Below are positions 28,151 to 41,870 of a stretch of DNA of 64,000 nt, one piece after another. The notes beneath the pieces are model-generated. The model searched no databases and was not told the DNA's origin. It was given only the letters and a program-made list of their open reading frames with translations. The position numbers and the translations under genes were made by a program. The DNA is from Epiperipatus broadwayi (taxonomy: Eukaryota; Animalia; Onychophora). Every line of letters starts with the position of its first letter. The first letter of the stretch is position 1. The stretch is taken from the NCBI GenBank assembly GCA_028023455.1, contig JAQFVV010000001.1, forward strand, positions 558,001 through 622,000. The letters are read 5' to 3'.

Positions 28151-30580
28151 AAAATAAACTACTAAAACCAATTAATATCTTACGACAAATAAATAGAAAG
28201 AAAAAGCATGACCAAAATTGTTTGATAATTTTTTTATTACTAATACATAGAAAGCTCAATAAATTGATTAATAGGTCAAAAATAATCAACATACTTCACA
28301 TTAAATTCTCTTTCTTTTTTTTTTCTTCTGAAAATTAATAATGGACTTGTCAAAAAAGATACTACTGATCTAAACTAATATTTAACATAATACTAATGAT
28401 GAAGCTATTATACCAGCAATGTAAAAATTAAGAGACAACTTTACAAAAAAAAAACAACTTTCCTTCCATTAGAATCGGTAATATAGTGTAATATTCCTAC
28501 TTTTTTTTCAACATTACAAATATATAATTATATGGTTAGAAGTGCAGAAGATCATGTGACATTAGAGCACCCAATTTGTGGATTGCACAACAGTTCCATT
28601 CAATTGTTAAAATAAGATAATTATTAATATGTGAATCTATAATGCTTGAACCTAATAAATTTAATAAATCACAACCAGTCATGGAATTCAAATAATTTAA
28701 CAACTGGTTGGCTGCCCTAATGACCATTTTTTAAATTCACAAAACTAGATTATAAGAAAGAGTTTTAAAATATTAATGAAAAATATTAAATAATACCTGA
28801 CAAAAAACAATAAGTGTTATTTAAGATATTTCATATTGTTTCTTGATGGGTGATAAGATAATTTTGAAATCTATATTTCTATTGTTTTGTTGTCTCTAGC
28901 TTCCTACTGTTTTTATTAATCAGGGAACACGGGTATACTCATATCTTGTATAAATTGAGGGCATAACACGAAGCTGAAACATATGACAATGTGTCAGCCT
29001 CTGGTTCTGGGTACTTTTTCTTTTTATGTTATATGTGTTTACTGAAGTGCCAAACGTGAAGAAATAAAAATGTACTATTTCATCAAATGAGTTTTTATGA
29101 AATTTATAAATAAATATTATAAGCATAGTTCCACTAATTTTTTTCACTTATTGATGGAATGAACATTACTACAGGCACTTAGAATACACTGTTGCATAAA
29201 TGAATGTCAAAAAAAAGTAAGGAATGAAAATTTGCAATTTCCACATTTGACAGGTATCCAGATACCCACCTTAGAGAGAACTCTGATCGCAGTGCCATTT
29301 TTAATAACTGGTTTGCTGAACTTTGCAAAAAATTAGGTATTGGTTCTACCAAACCAGTGCAAACTAGCTGAGTTCTATCACTGGTCATAACCATACCTTG
29401 AACAGTGTTTTATGATCATCTCTTCTCTAAATTGGAATTTCTAAAATATGACTCTCCCCCCCCTCCCAATCCCATCCAATCAAAGTTAACAACTACAAAA
29501 AGTTGCTGCTTAACTTTACACATTTAAAATCTTAACAGTAAGAATAATAAAACAAGAGATTTAGAATAGCTGTAAATGAAGAATAAATAGAGAGAAAAGG
29601 TTTTTATCTCCATTAGCAAATAGAAAATGTGTTAAAGTACAATTAAGTTAATGACTGATAATTGAAATTATTGCGTTACTCATATTTTCTATTCAACTAA
29701 TAATAGTTTTTGTAATTGTTGATTAGATTTATATCTTGTTCTATAAAACTTTTAAATCTTCAAGTATGGAAGTGTGAAGTTACATTATGATTTTTAATCA
29801 TAACAATCCTTATTAAGGATATATTAAAGATTCAGTAAAAACTAACCAATGGAATCTTTAATTTTAAAAAGAAAAAAAAAAGAATATTTGCATAGGTATA
29901 TTCTCTAATAATTAAAACTTACAGTTATGACAGAGAGTAACTTAGAATGCTGTGCTACATTCTAATAAAAAAGATCTACTTTGTCAATCTTGTAGGCCAC
30001 CCAGAATGTTAAATTATACTTTTCACCAACAATAAAAATAATTGACAACGTTATTAAACAATAATCATATTAGAAAGTTGTAATGGCAAAATTTCCAATT
30101 TAATCAATATAAAAATCTTATCCAACAAATATCTCCATTGTAAATATGTCCCTACAGAAATTCAACATATCTAAATAAATGAGAAGGAGGGAAAAAATAT
30201 GTAAAACTTATTTATTCCACAATTAAATGTAAAATAATAATTATTATATACTGATAAACTGCAATGAGAAAAAATAAATTGGATTCAGGAAGGAGAGAAT
30301 TATTTCTCAGAATAAATACATCAATCCATATATCACTATCCTAAATCTTTTTTTAATTCTAAGCATTGCAGTAAATATAACAAAGTGGAATATTGTTCTG
30401 GGATTAAATATAAACCTCACGGTAAACTGAGTAGCTCATCTGATTGCCATCTCATGACTTGAGACCAGAATTTAGACCAAATAAAACTTGGTAATTTTTC
30501 AGGCTCCACCTATGTTTAAGATTTTTATTTCAGAAACTGGCCCACAGCCAACTCTGTAGGTCATTCAATACTGATTGGTT

Positions 30581-30990
30581 TTATAAAGAGCTTGCAAATA
30601 ACCTCTTAACAAGCTTTGCAGAATATCCTCAACCCTAGACTGTTTTCTGCTACTGGCTTCATCAGTGAGGTGCCAGGATATTCAAGCATTAGATTAAAAA
30701 TACTAGGACAAGCCCAGCACTTTATCTAATGGATAACTATTAAGTAGAAAATCTGAAATTTTCAGAAATCCATATGTCTTCCAATCCAGCTATCTAATTT
30801 AAATAACCACATGGGACTGAACTAAGTTCAGATACACCATATATTAATAGCTTTAGCAATATAAAATCACCAAAGTCTTAATAGCAAAAAATAAAATTAC
30901 AAATAAATCAAGTCAGATGTCACATGACCTAATTTAAACAAGCTTGTATTACAAATGTTTTATAGAGAGCTCGCAAATAAATAAGCTCAT
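30581..30990 (-). mobile_element. Family A monomer (~379-bp period) with terminal direct redundancy and one hammerhead-like motif
   Basis: gagct(t/c)gcaaataa occurs at 30588 and 30967. Motif cctca-CTGATGA-agccagtagca-GAAA-acag-TC-taggg on the minus strand at 30633-30670. Homologous to 11321-11757. Confidence 0.65.
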
Positions 30991-31290
30991 TAAAGATGCA
31001 TATGATCCACATTAAAATGTTAACATATATTTAATTATATTCACAGGACTTCAGTCAAATATTCAGAAGAGAAAATATTCAGTTTGCTTCAAAATAATAT
31101 AATAGAATACAAAAAGTCAATTCTTTTTAAAAGAATTTGAATGTATATAATACCGCTAAATTATACAATTTTCAATTATATACAAAAAATATCCAATCTA
31201 AAAAATCATATGCAAATACATATAAATTTTTATCAAAACTTTTTATTTTTAATGACCATGTTTAAAAGGTTAAACATTCAAAATAAATAC

Positions 31291-31432
31291 CTCTGAGTGT
31301 GACTTTAGTAATGTGTTTTATAGGATTCGATTCCACAACTTTTTCCTCTTTATGATCATCTTCCATGTCATCAGAATCTGACATATCCCATGTGACTGAT
31401 CCTCCTAATCCTATTTGAGCTGTTCCACTACC
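31291..31432 (-). CDS. Internal exon: GSGTAQIGLGGSVTWDMSDSDDMEDDHKEEKVVESNPIKHITKVTLR
   Basis: Acceptor ttttttcttcag, donor AG|gtattt, 142 nt, phase 0 to phase 1, joins the 27010-27100 exon in frame (G+AT=D). Confidence 0.85.
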
Positions 31433-34400
31433 CTGAAGAAAAAAATAGTTCTAATTACATACAAAACAAGTCAACTGGCTCATTGAATTATTATTATTTA
31501 TGTTAACAACAATTATTCAATAAATACTCAAATGATCTTAAATCATACTTTATTAAATTAGATTATTGTTACATCTTCTTTTAATGTCAGATATAAAATT
31601 TAAATTAAAAAAAAACAAAAAAACAAATCTATTTATTAATGTTTATAAACTTTTTAAAAGAGTTTCCTTTTTTAAACCACAACAGCACTCAATTCATGCA
31701 TACAATCTTACATTTGTTAGATATTACTTCTACTTTTATTTTTACATATAACTTGTGAATATAGAGAGAGGAAACCATCTAAATAACTTCCATTTTCCTT
31801 TTTAGATCCCTTCAGTTAAACAGATACCCTTCCTCTCAATAGTCACATTATTGATACTATTAGATAAAATTAATTTACAAATGTCACACTTATTTAATCA
31901 GCATTTAGTTCAAATCTAACAATTCAATAAATACTGTACTCAAATGATCATAAATATATATTTCTCATATATATATATATATAATAAACTTTCAATAAAA
32001 TTATAAAAATTAATGATTACAATGATATATATATATATATACACACATTTATACTAAAACTAAAACACTTTATATTCTCATCTAAGCAAATATAATTGCA
32101 AATTTATCTTTATAACACCAGAAATAAAATTATAAGATGATATACCTAAACCTAATTAAAATGAAAGATATGATTTGCACCACTGAAAATAATAACTCAA
32201 TTTATTTTAAATAAAAATAATATACATTAATCAATCAAAAAAATTCAACATCTTATTATCTCACTATATACAAATTATTTCCTAAACTCCATGTAAATTT
32301 AAGAAAAACTAAATATTAAACTTTCAAAAATATCTTTAATGATGATAATAATTTAAATAAATGTTTAGAGTGTACCAATTTATCTTATATAGAAAATACT
32401 ATTTACAAAATTCATAGTTGTACAAATTTCATACAGGCAAAATATATTCTTTCTAGAGATGAAATGTATTGAGAGAGTGAAATAGAAAACTAATTGTAAA
32501 TTAGAATTTATAATATTGATAAATAATTCATTCTTCATTATGAATATCAGAATGATTTGCTTAATGGGTAAATTATAATGTTAAACTAAATTAAAATAAT
32601 TGAGGATAGAGATTAAAAATTATTTTCAATCTGAAGACATTCAACAAGAAATTATACTTTTCAAATATTATATTAAGATTATTAGAAGCAATTTAAATAA
32701 GTATTTTTATTTAAAAATCTATCCTTTACCTTCAGAATTAATAAGAATAAAACATGATCAAAGATTAATCATGATTAATGATCTGCTAGCAACTCAGTGA
32801 CTATATGCATTTTTAAACATATTTACAAATATTAAATACACTCTTTTCTTTATTTTTAAAAGAAACTCTCAAAACATTAATTTTTATTTTAAAATGTTAT
32901 AGTTTAAAGTAAAACATTTAAATGTTATTTTACATTATAAACATTATATTTACTTAAAATATAACAATGCATTTCTTATTAATTACAATTTTTAGCCATT
33001 TACATTCTATTGACATAACTATTCCATTTGCTTATTTTCTTAGATCAAGATCAGCTTAAAATTTTTTCGAAAGTAACTCAATTAGCCAGTCAGATTTTGG
33101 TGAGTAAATGAACATTTACTTATTATTATCTAAAGATTCTCACCACTGATAGAGATCATATGTATCTGAATATGTAATTCTTTTTATTACATAATTTCTC
33201 AATGAAAATGGAAAGTCAAAACAACAATTATGTAATGTTTTTCACCAAGTATAAAAACCATCAAAATAAATTCTTATTTTTGGTTTATAAATTATATGTT
33301 AAAAAAAGTTCAGAGAGTTTCCACATTGATAATAAGACATTATTAAAATTTCTTATAGATACATGAGAATGGAGATTTCATATGGGAAAAAAATAATAAT
33401 TAAGATTAAAGATAGATAGATGAGTATCCATATATTGATTACTATAACTACTATTTTCCATGATTAATCAAAACTTACAATTTCATGGCAATTAAATTTT
33501 ATAAGATTTATTAAAAATAAAAAATAGACTACCTAACAATAATAAACTTATGTATTATATCTGATTTCTAAAATTATAAATATTTTAGTTCTTCATTTAT
33601 AATCAATAAAAAATAACAAAATCCTTAAATGGTAAATTTTATTTGATTAATTAATTAAGAAACAATTATAAAAATGTATTATCTTATTGTAATTATTAAT
33701 TATAAAAATCAAAACATATAAACTGCAACCTTCAGTCAAAATATATGATCAAACAATAGCACTTTCTACTTTAGTTTCATCTAAACTAAGCTTTGTTTTG
33801 AATTTCAGGATTTTAGCTTAAATATGATTTTTAGATGCATAACTGAATATTTGGAGATTTGAATCCCAAGCTTCATTGATAAAACAAAGCCAGAAAACAG
33901 TCTGAAGATGGAGATTTAAATGCACTAACAGCTGATAATCAATGATTATTCAAGTGTACTATACATTGTACTAAAGTAGAAAACTGCTCTTATTCCATAT
34001 AAATTAAATAAAATAACTACTAAATGCTTAAGAAATAAGAGTAAAATGTAAATAGTTTAATTTATGTGATTTTTTTTTTTTTAAATATTCAAAAACATTA
34101 CACACGTTCAAAAAATACTTACTAAAATTGTAACTTGGCAATCTGATTTTCTTTATATAATTAAGTAAAATGTATATTAAGAATATGCAATTTCTATTAT
34201 TTTAAAATATAAGATTATTAATAATTCATTATTTACTAATACACTCTCTCTCACATGCACACACATGCCTCATAATGTAGCAGTAGTACATTCATAGGCT
34301 ATACATATAAACAGGATTCAAAATGAGGCTAGATAAAAATTGAAGATTTTTTTCCAGATGAATTTTCTTTCCAGTAACCAGCCTATATCTGACTAGCCAT

Positions 34401-34500
34401 CTAATATTGGTCAGTAAATTGGTACTAGCTATTTTTAACTAGAAAGTAAAACAAAAATGTAAAACCAATTCAAATCCTCACCATTTGTCAAATGGTATAC

Positions 34501-34531
34501 CTCATAATTAATGCTGACCTTCACTGTTTTT
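34501..34531 (-). CDS. 31-nt micro-exon: KTVKVSINYE
   Basis: Acceptor tttctctccacag, donor GAG|gtatac. Only the phase 2 to 0 reading is open, and it joins GSGTAQ in frame. Confidence 0.7.
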
Positions 34532-34757
34532 CTGTGGAGAGAAATTGAAAGATTACTGTGCAGTAGTGTTTATTTAATGGCTGTTTTTCATCAAGTATAT
34601 ACACATGAACACAATGACATCATTCAGATGCATGATTCACATTAAAAATTAATATTTAAAAGTTATAATGTACAAAATCATATCTACAATATTGAAATAA
34701 GTATGTTTAGAAACTAATATAAGCATATGTTTATAGGAAAATGAAACTAACATTATA

Positions 34758-34964
34758 AATAAATTTGATGAAAGTAAATTAAATAATACAGCATTCTTAA
34801 TGCAGAAATAAGACAAGCCCCAAAAATCAAGACTCAAGTAAGAATTGATAGACTTCATTATAATAAATTTGATGAAAGTAAATTAAATAATACGGCATTC
34901 TTAATGCAGAAATAAGACAAGACCCAAAAATCAAGACTCAAGTAAGAATTGATAGACTTCATTA
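34758..34964. repeat. Tandem duplication, 104-bp unit x2
   Basis: Near-identical units start at 34758 and 34862. Confidence 0.9.
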
Positions 34965-37900
34965 CAATCTATGACATAATTTCTCACACTAAAGTTTTTC
35001 AAAGGATACAACACATATTTAAAATGGTCTATGAAGGTAATAAATATAATTTCATAAAGTATTAAATAATTTTCTCATAAAGTTTTTACCAGTTGAAAAA
35101 TATCATTTATTTGATTTAAAAAAATCAAATGACCATTAATGCACTTCACTATCCAATAAGTCCCATGCGGTTTGATGCAGTAATAGAGTGGCAGATTCTA
35201 AAATTTAAGATTCATGGAACATGGCCCAACTATCACTTCTAGTGCTCAAACTTCTTATGAATTTCTGAACAATAAATCATTTAATTATTTATTTATTTAT
35301 TGATAATTAAGATCCACATTCGCATAGGGGAACATCTAGATAAATTCTAAAAGAGTGAACACTCTTTTAGTTAATGAATCTTAAAATGTACAACCACCAT
35401 TCCATCTCAAATAAAACAAAACTAATCAAAGTCTGATTTAAAAAATAAGAAAATGAAAAATTAAAACTTGATATATATTACACAAAAATAACTACTGGAA
35501 AAAATAATGGTATAGAATTTTACTAATTAAGTAATGGAAAGATAAAATTATTGATTTGAATTAGATTAACTATGTTTGTATTTAAGATCCAGTCAAGTAT
35601 ATTCTATAAGTTATATTCTATTATGAGATAATAGAGTAATTTATGAAAATGCTCAAAGAATAAATTGAATGCAAAAACTGGAATTTGTCACAATAATGAA
35701 TCCTGATGTATTATCATGATAAAAATTCTAAAATAGACAAACTGATTGAATTTGCATAAATTAACAATTTCTTTATTTTAAATAAGTTTAAAAAAAAAAA
35801 ATTCTACTTGATACAGATTTTCTTCTATGGAATAAAAAATATATTTCTCATTAGGTATCATAATTTATCAACTTTAATATCACTGATCACAGAGATTTAA
35901 GATGCTATGTACATTCTGATATTAAAATAAAATGGCTTCATTGAAGAAAACTGTAATAACATTTTACAATTTTCAGGTATAACTTAAAAAATAGATTCCC
36001 AGATCTTAAAAAGATACATTAAATTATCTTTAAATGATTTGAGTAATGAGCTGAATCAATCTCACTAGTCATAACCATGTTTATTTGCTGAGAAAAATGT
36101 TCTTTAAAAATATCAAAAAGCTTTATATAATACTAAAGTTGATAAAAAGATGAAATATGTTAAAAAGTAAACAAAATTTAATTCCAAAGTAGAATGATTT
36201 CATGAAATTTTTAATGGCAAAAAAACAGCCTAAAAATCTTTCATCTGTGGCTATTTCTTCACTCAACCAGATAACGATATATTTTATGCCCCTATACTAT
36301 GCTATTAAACAAAATGCTTTTTAAAAATGTAATGTGAAATGTACTTTTTTAATTGCAAGTTAGTAATGGATATTACATCTATCTTTTATGCTTATAATTT
36401 GGACTTCAAGCAAGCAGAGTAAAATTTTGAATTTTTGTAGGCCATGATCAGCTTAGGATTTTCACAGAAAGTAACCACCAACTCAATAAAACATTCAGAT
36501 TTTGGTCAGTAAATGAGCATTTAGTCATTATCATATAGAAAATAAAAATAATAGAGTAATCTGGTGAGAGTCAACAAACTGTAAAAACAAAACAACATAA
36601 AAGCAATATGGATGCAATTTTCATTACCATGAAGGTGATATCATTTCTATGGCCACTGAACCTTTTATTTAAAAATTAAAAAAATCTTAATAAAATTTAA
36701 ATATATTAAAAACATCACAATTTTGCTTTAAAAATCACTTCAAAAAAATAAAATAAAAAGTTAAAAAGATATCATTTTCTTAATAAAATTGATAGGGAGG
36801 AATGGATTCAGTAAATATATCCCAAATTCTAAATGTCTACAGATGTAATGTGCAATTTCAGATAAAAAACTGATCAAGGAAAGATAGTAAAGTAATTGAA
36901 ATAAGATGCTAGTGATGAATTCACTCATATAGTATACATAATACTCAAAATAAAAGCATTCCACAACTGAAATAATGTACTTTATCTTGTTATTATATAA
37001 ATGACAGAAAAGGTTTTATCAAATTATAGCCCTATTAGCTTGTACAGTTTTAGTTAGATGTATGAATGATATCAATTACCTTTGTAAGTATTTAAAAGTT
37101 GTATTTAAAATAAAATAAATGCATAACAAAAATATTTAAAGCAATATAACTTATTCAATGTTTAACGTTAAAATGTGATAAAGAAGAAAAAAGAAATAAG
37201 ATTAGAGATACATTAATTCCTTAATAGCAAAATGCTATGAAAAAGTAAAGACACAATATTAGAAATTTCACTAACGTCATAAAATTTATTGTAAGATGAA
37301 GAAAAACTAATAATATCATTTATTATTTAAAAAGAAAACTAGCCTATACAGATAGTAATCTGGTTTCTGATCTATAAGATTATAAAAGCAAATTGCTAGC
37401 TTGATAGTATAACAGAGGTAAATAATGGTTGCCAAAAGAATAGCACATTAAATCCTAAAGGCCCGAGTACACTGTTCCTAAATACAAAGCTCCTCACTGA
37501 TGAAAACTATAAACTTAAAACTAATCTGGGAATATTGAATAGGACAATATAGGATAGGAAATTTATTAAGTACTATCATCTGGTATCTATTAGTTACTAA
37601 AACTTATAGTAAGTGGCATAGAGGTAATGAAAAATATATACAATTTAATAAATAGTTTAAATTTATCATTGTTAATCTACAATTATCTTTAAACTTCTAT
37701 GATTAAAAAAACAGTAATTTAAAAAAATAAATAAATATAAAAACGTGTCAGTTGATTTTCTATCATCACTTTCTAAGATGATTTTTAAAAATAAATAAAA
37801 AAACATTAGAAATGAAATAATTTTTACTATTAGTTTTTTAACTAGAATTATATTTCAGCAATAACATTGTTATAAAATATAAGTTGAATGTTTTACTGTT

Positions 37901-38062
37901 TTTTTTTTTTCACTGAACAACCATGTTCCTTTACAGTACAAAAAAGAGAAAAAATAAAGCATGGAAAAAGAAAAAAAATAGTGATGAAACAGTCAATAAC
38001 CAACTCATTATAGAAAATATATTAAAATTACTAAAATTTTCAATTATTCTTATAAATCCTTT

Positions 38063-38396
38063 CATTCCAATATCAGCCTTTCAAGCTAATTGAGCACACG
38101 CCTTTTGAGTGTTAAATAAATGAATACTCTCTTCTTCAATCCAAGATATAGTATTTATGCAGGAATAAAAGGAATCCCTCTTATTCCTACGACTCAAATT
38201 CTTTTATATGAGCAAATCTGAAGAACTGTTAAAGAGAGCGTGAGTAGATACTGCATAAATATTATATCTTGGATTGAAGAAGAGAGTATTCATTTATTTA
38301 ACACTCAAAAGGCGCGTGCTCAATTAGCTTGAAAGGCTGATATTGGAATGAAATATAATTGCAAGCACGGCGCTAGATAAAATATTTGCTTATTTA
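38063..38396. mobile_element. Young fold-back insertion with a 14-bp TSD
   Basis: 103-bp arms (38060-38162 and 38251-38353) with 2 mismatches and an 88-bp spacer. cttataaatccttt at 38049-38062 and 38397-38410. Confidence 0.8.
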
Positions 38397-41300
38397 CTTA
38401 TAAATCCTTTTTAAAATTCCATACATTACAATAACATTATTAGTTTTAAATCAATCATATCTTAGCTAATAAAAACAATACATCTTTAATAATATTAACA
38501 TTTATTTATAAAAATTTTAAATAATATTAACATTATTATTTATTTTACTTATAAGTAGAAAAAAAATAATGAAAAAAAAACCCAGATTGTAACAGAACAA
38601 ATCCGATAGCAGTTCATAATAATTAGTTACTTTACAAAACTGTATAAAAAAAAGTTTAATAAAAACTTATAAATTGTGTAATAAATGTATAAACTGTCAT
38701 GGGTATGTGTGCATGTACTAGATATAATATATGCATCATTTAGGTACAACGGTTTAAAAAATTAAAAATCAGTTTTTGCATTTTAATCATACTGTTGAAT
38801 ATTTTACAAAAAAAATGTATTTTGTAATAGATGAAAAGCAGTAAAATAATCAGTTGTACTATGTAAAGTAAGAAAAATAGTTTTGATGTGCACATGAATT
38901 TGAAATGTGTAGTTTATAAAAATCTAAAGTACTTTGTGCCCCTATCTGATGTGCATTCTAAATGGGATTTTAAATCAACAATTTGACAATTCTTACAGTA
39001 AATTAAATAGCAAATCCAAATATGCTATTGAAAATTTGGGGTTCTTAAAATTAAGAAAGTTACTAATTAATTTTTAAAAGTTGATAATGATTTTTTTCTT
39101 TCTTCCTATCGCTAACATAAATAAAGGGGGGGAAAAACCCTTTTTTTTCCTTTTGTTCATTTAGTTATCAAAGAATGATATAATTTAAAAATATATGTAA
39201 AATTATTTATTTCCACATGTTGTGAAAAAAATGAAGAAAATATTTATCAAAAGACAAGCGGTAAAAAAAAAAAACAGATGTCAAATATTGTAACTAGTTT
39301 GTGATGAATCTGTTATTTTGAAAACATCCACTGACTATAGCAATAAGTATGAACAACAAGTAGGGTACAAATAAGTTGAAACAAGCAATTATGGCAGTTT
39401 ATTCTAGTCTATTTGAAGACTCAAGGAGCAGTATTGTAGTGATTCTATGCAGAAGAAAGAAACCACTGGTTAAAACAATTTTCCCTTTAATTTTGATATC
39501 CATATTTTGCTGACTGTTTTAAAATATTTCTCAAAACTCCATTTATAAATGCAAGATATAATGATGACCTTATATAGCCAAAGATTATCTACTACATATA
39601 GCTAGACACCTAAAAACCATACCAGTCAAAACACCCGGAGATGCAATCAGATCTAGAGACTAATGCTGAAGTTTTCTAAAATCAGCCATTGCTTGCTTAA
39701 ATTGTATCATGAGGGGAAAAAATTGACTCCATAAAAGCTATTAGAACTACTGACTAATGCTTCCAATACTAATGAACACCCATCCAATATCACCAGTGTA
39801 CCAAGAAGATAACTACCATCTTTGAAAGAAATAATAAGGACTCATTCATAAATAGAGGGGGGGGGGGATCTGCAGAAAACCATGGTTTTAACTTTTTTTA
39901 AAACTTTTCATTCATTAAGATCTTATCAATATAATTATTTTAAAGCCTTAAACTTAAAATATCCTCTTATTATTAACTTTTACTATTTTGTATATCTAAT
40001 AATAGTTGCAAATATATAAGCAGCAATTTTATATGTAAATTGTTTTTTTATTAATCCATTTAGTTTGTGCTTGCTTATCGAACTCAATCCAAACATTATG
40101 CTATTAATATCCACATCCCTGAGAAATCTTGCAATCCATAGGGGACATGCAGGGATGGCAGTAATAATTAATAAATGATGATAATTGGATGTTAATATGT
40201 TTTCCAAAAGTAAACTTTCTATTTAGGTGTGATGCCTTAAAGTTTTCGAGTATTTTTTATTTTTTTTGAAATTTGAAAAACAAATTAAAATATTTTTGGG
40301 AAGACTTGTACTTAGTTTAACTTTCAGTGCTATGTTGTAAATCATCATTATCATCATCATTACTGCTGACCTTTGGTTAATATCATTGTATAAATTTGAA
40401 TTTAATCATTTTTATTCAAATGTATATAAACCACTTATAAGTATTTATTATCTTTGTTTAACTGAAATCAAAATTTATCGTTATATATTTGTGTACATAT
40501 TAGAAAAGCATAAAATACTATTACAATATTTATTAATGCAATGAATTGATTGAAATAACATCTTTATATATATTGAAATAGTTTAAAATGATAATCTGGT
40601 TAGGAAGAGAATAATAAAGAAAGAAAAATAAGTAATTAATTCACAAAATCTCTTCACAAATGCAGGTAAATAGTAGTTCTTAAAATAATATAGTATTTCT
40701 AAACCAAAAAATTGGACATCAAAAGATAAGTGCACACATGGGTGTTGAATACATGTAAACACACATACATTCAAATCAACATATTTTATTATAAATAAAA
40801 TAATAGCAGTATTAATAATAATCTCAATTTTTTTACAAAAGATAAATCATTCTATTTTTTTTCAATATATATTAATATATAACATTTATTTTGTTTTATT
40901 TACAATAATCAGTATTATTGAATAGAAGAATACTATGCAATGAAAGCAAAATACTAAAGATATTAATATAGACTTCACAATTATAAAGTTACATAAAGTT
41001 CTTCTTCAGAATTAATAAAAAAAACATTTTTGTTTTGGAAAATTTCTGTATAAAAATATGTTGCTAGAAGAAAAAAAAAAAGGGGGGGGATTCTTTTCCC
41101 ACTTATCATCCAAGAATTAATAATTAACTTGAAAATTTTAATTTGTCTCACTTCATAACTGATTTACTAATTTTTCTGTTATTGAAATAATGCACAAAAT
41201 ATTAGAAGATATCAATCAATATAATAACTACTTCAATCAGTGAAATAATGCCACCTGAAGCATCACTCTTGGATACTACAATGTCAAAAGAAAAAAGACA

Positions 41301-41870
41301 TCAAACTTTAAGAAAATGAACAAAACAAAAGTAGTGCACTTAATAAAAAATAGCAATAATATAATACAAATGGAAACATTATTTTATTTTTATTATTTTT
41401 CTTTATCTATTATAAAATATTATAAATGTAAAGATTAAATTTGCTACACTTCTGGAGATAGCATTCATATTTATTTAATGATTATTAAGTTTACAAAATT
41501 CAATTCTAAGAATAACATTTCAAAAAAAAAAAAAAAAAAGTACTATTGAAAAATATTTTAATTGATTATACAGGCATATAATGATATATATAAATTTTAA
41601 CAGAAATAATTATATATAAGAATATGCATTTGATTGGTGTTATATTTGTATAGTATTTGTGTTTCTTAAAACAAACATAAATAAATATAAGAAAAATATA
41701 TGTATATTTAATACATAGCAATTAGATATACATATATCAAAATGAAACAGTTAAAATAATATTATTACTCCTAGAATAAAATAAATCTTTCATGAAACTG
41801 GAAAGATATAAATAAAAGAAATATTTATCTGTCATTCACGCGCGTATATACATGATAATAATGTAATATG

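Noticed and set aside
39983-40207. 74-aa minus ORF as an exon of the host gene
   Set aside because: No acceptor/donor pair bounding it in a compatible phase.
41249-41275. 21-nt micro-exon TATCCAAGAGTGATGCTTCAG
   Set aside because: Good acceptor but weak donor (gtggca), and the phase does not bridge the neighbouring exons.
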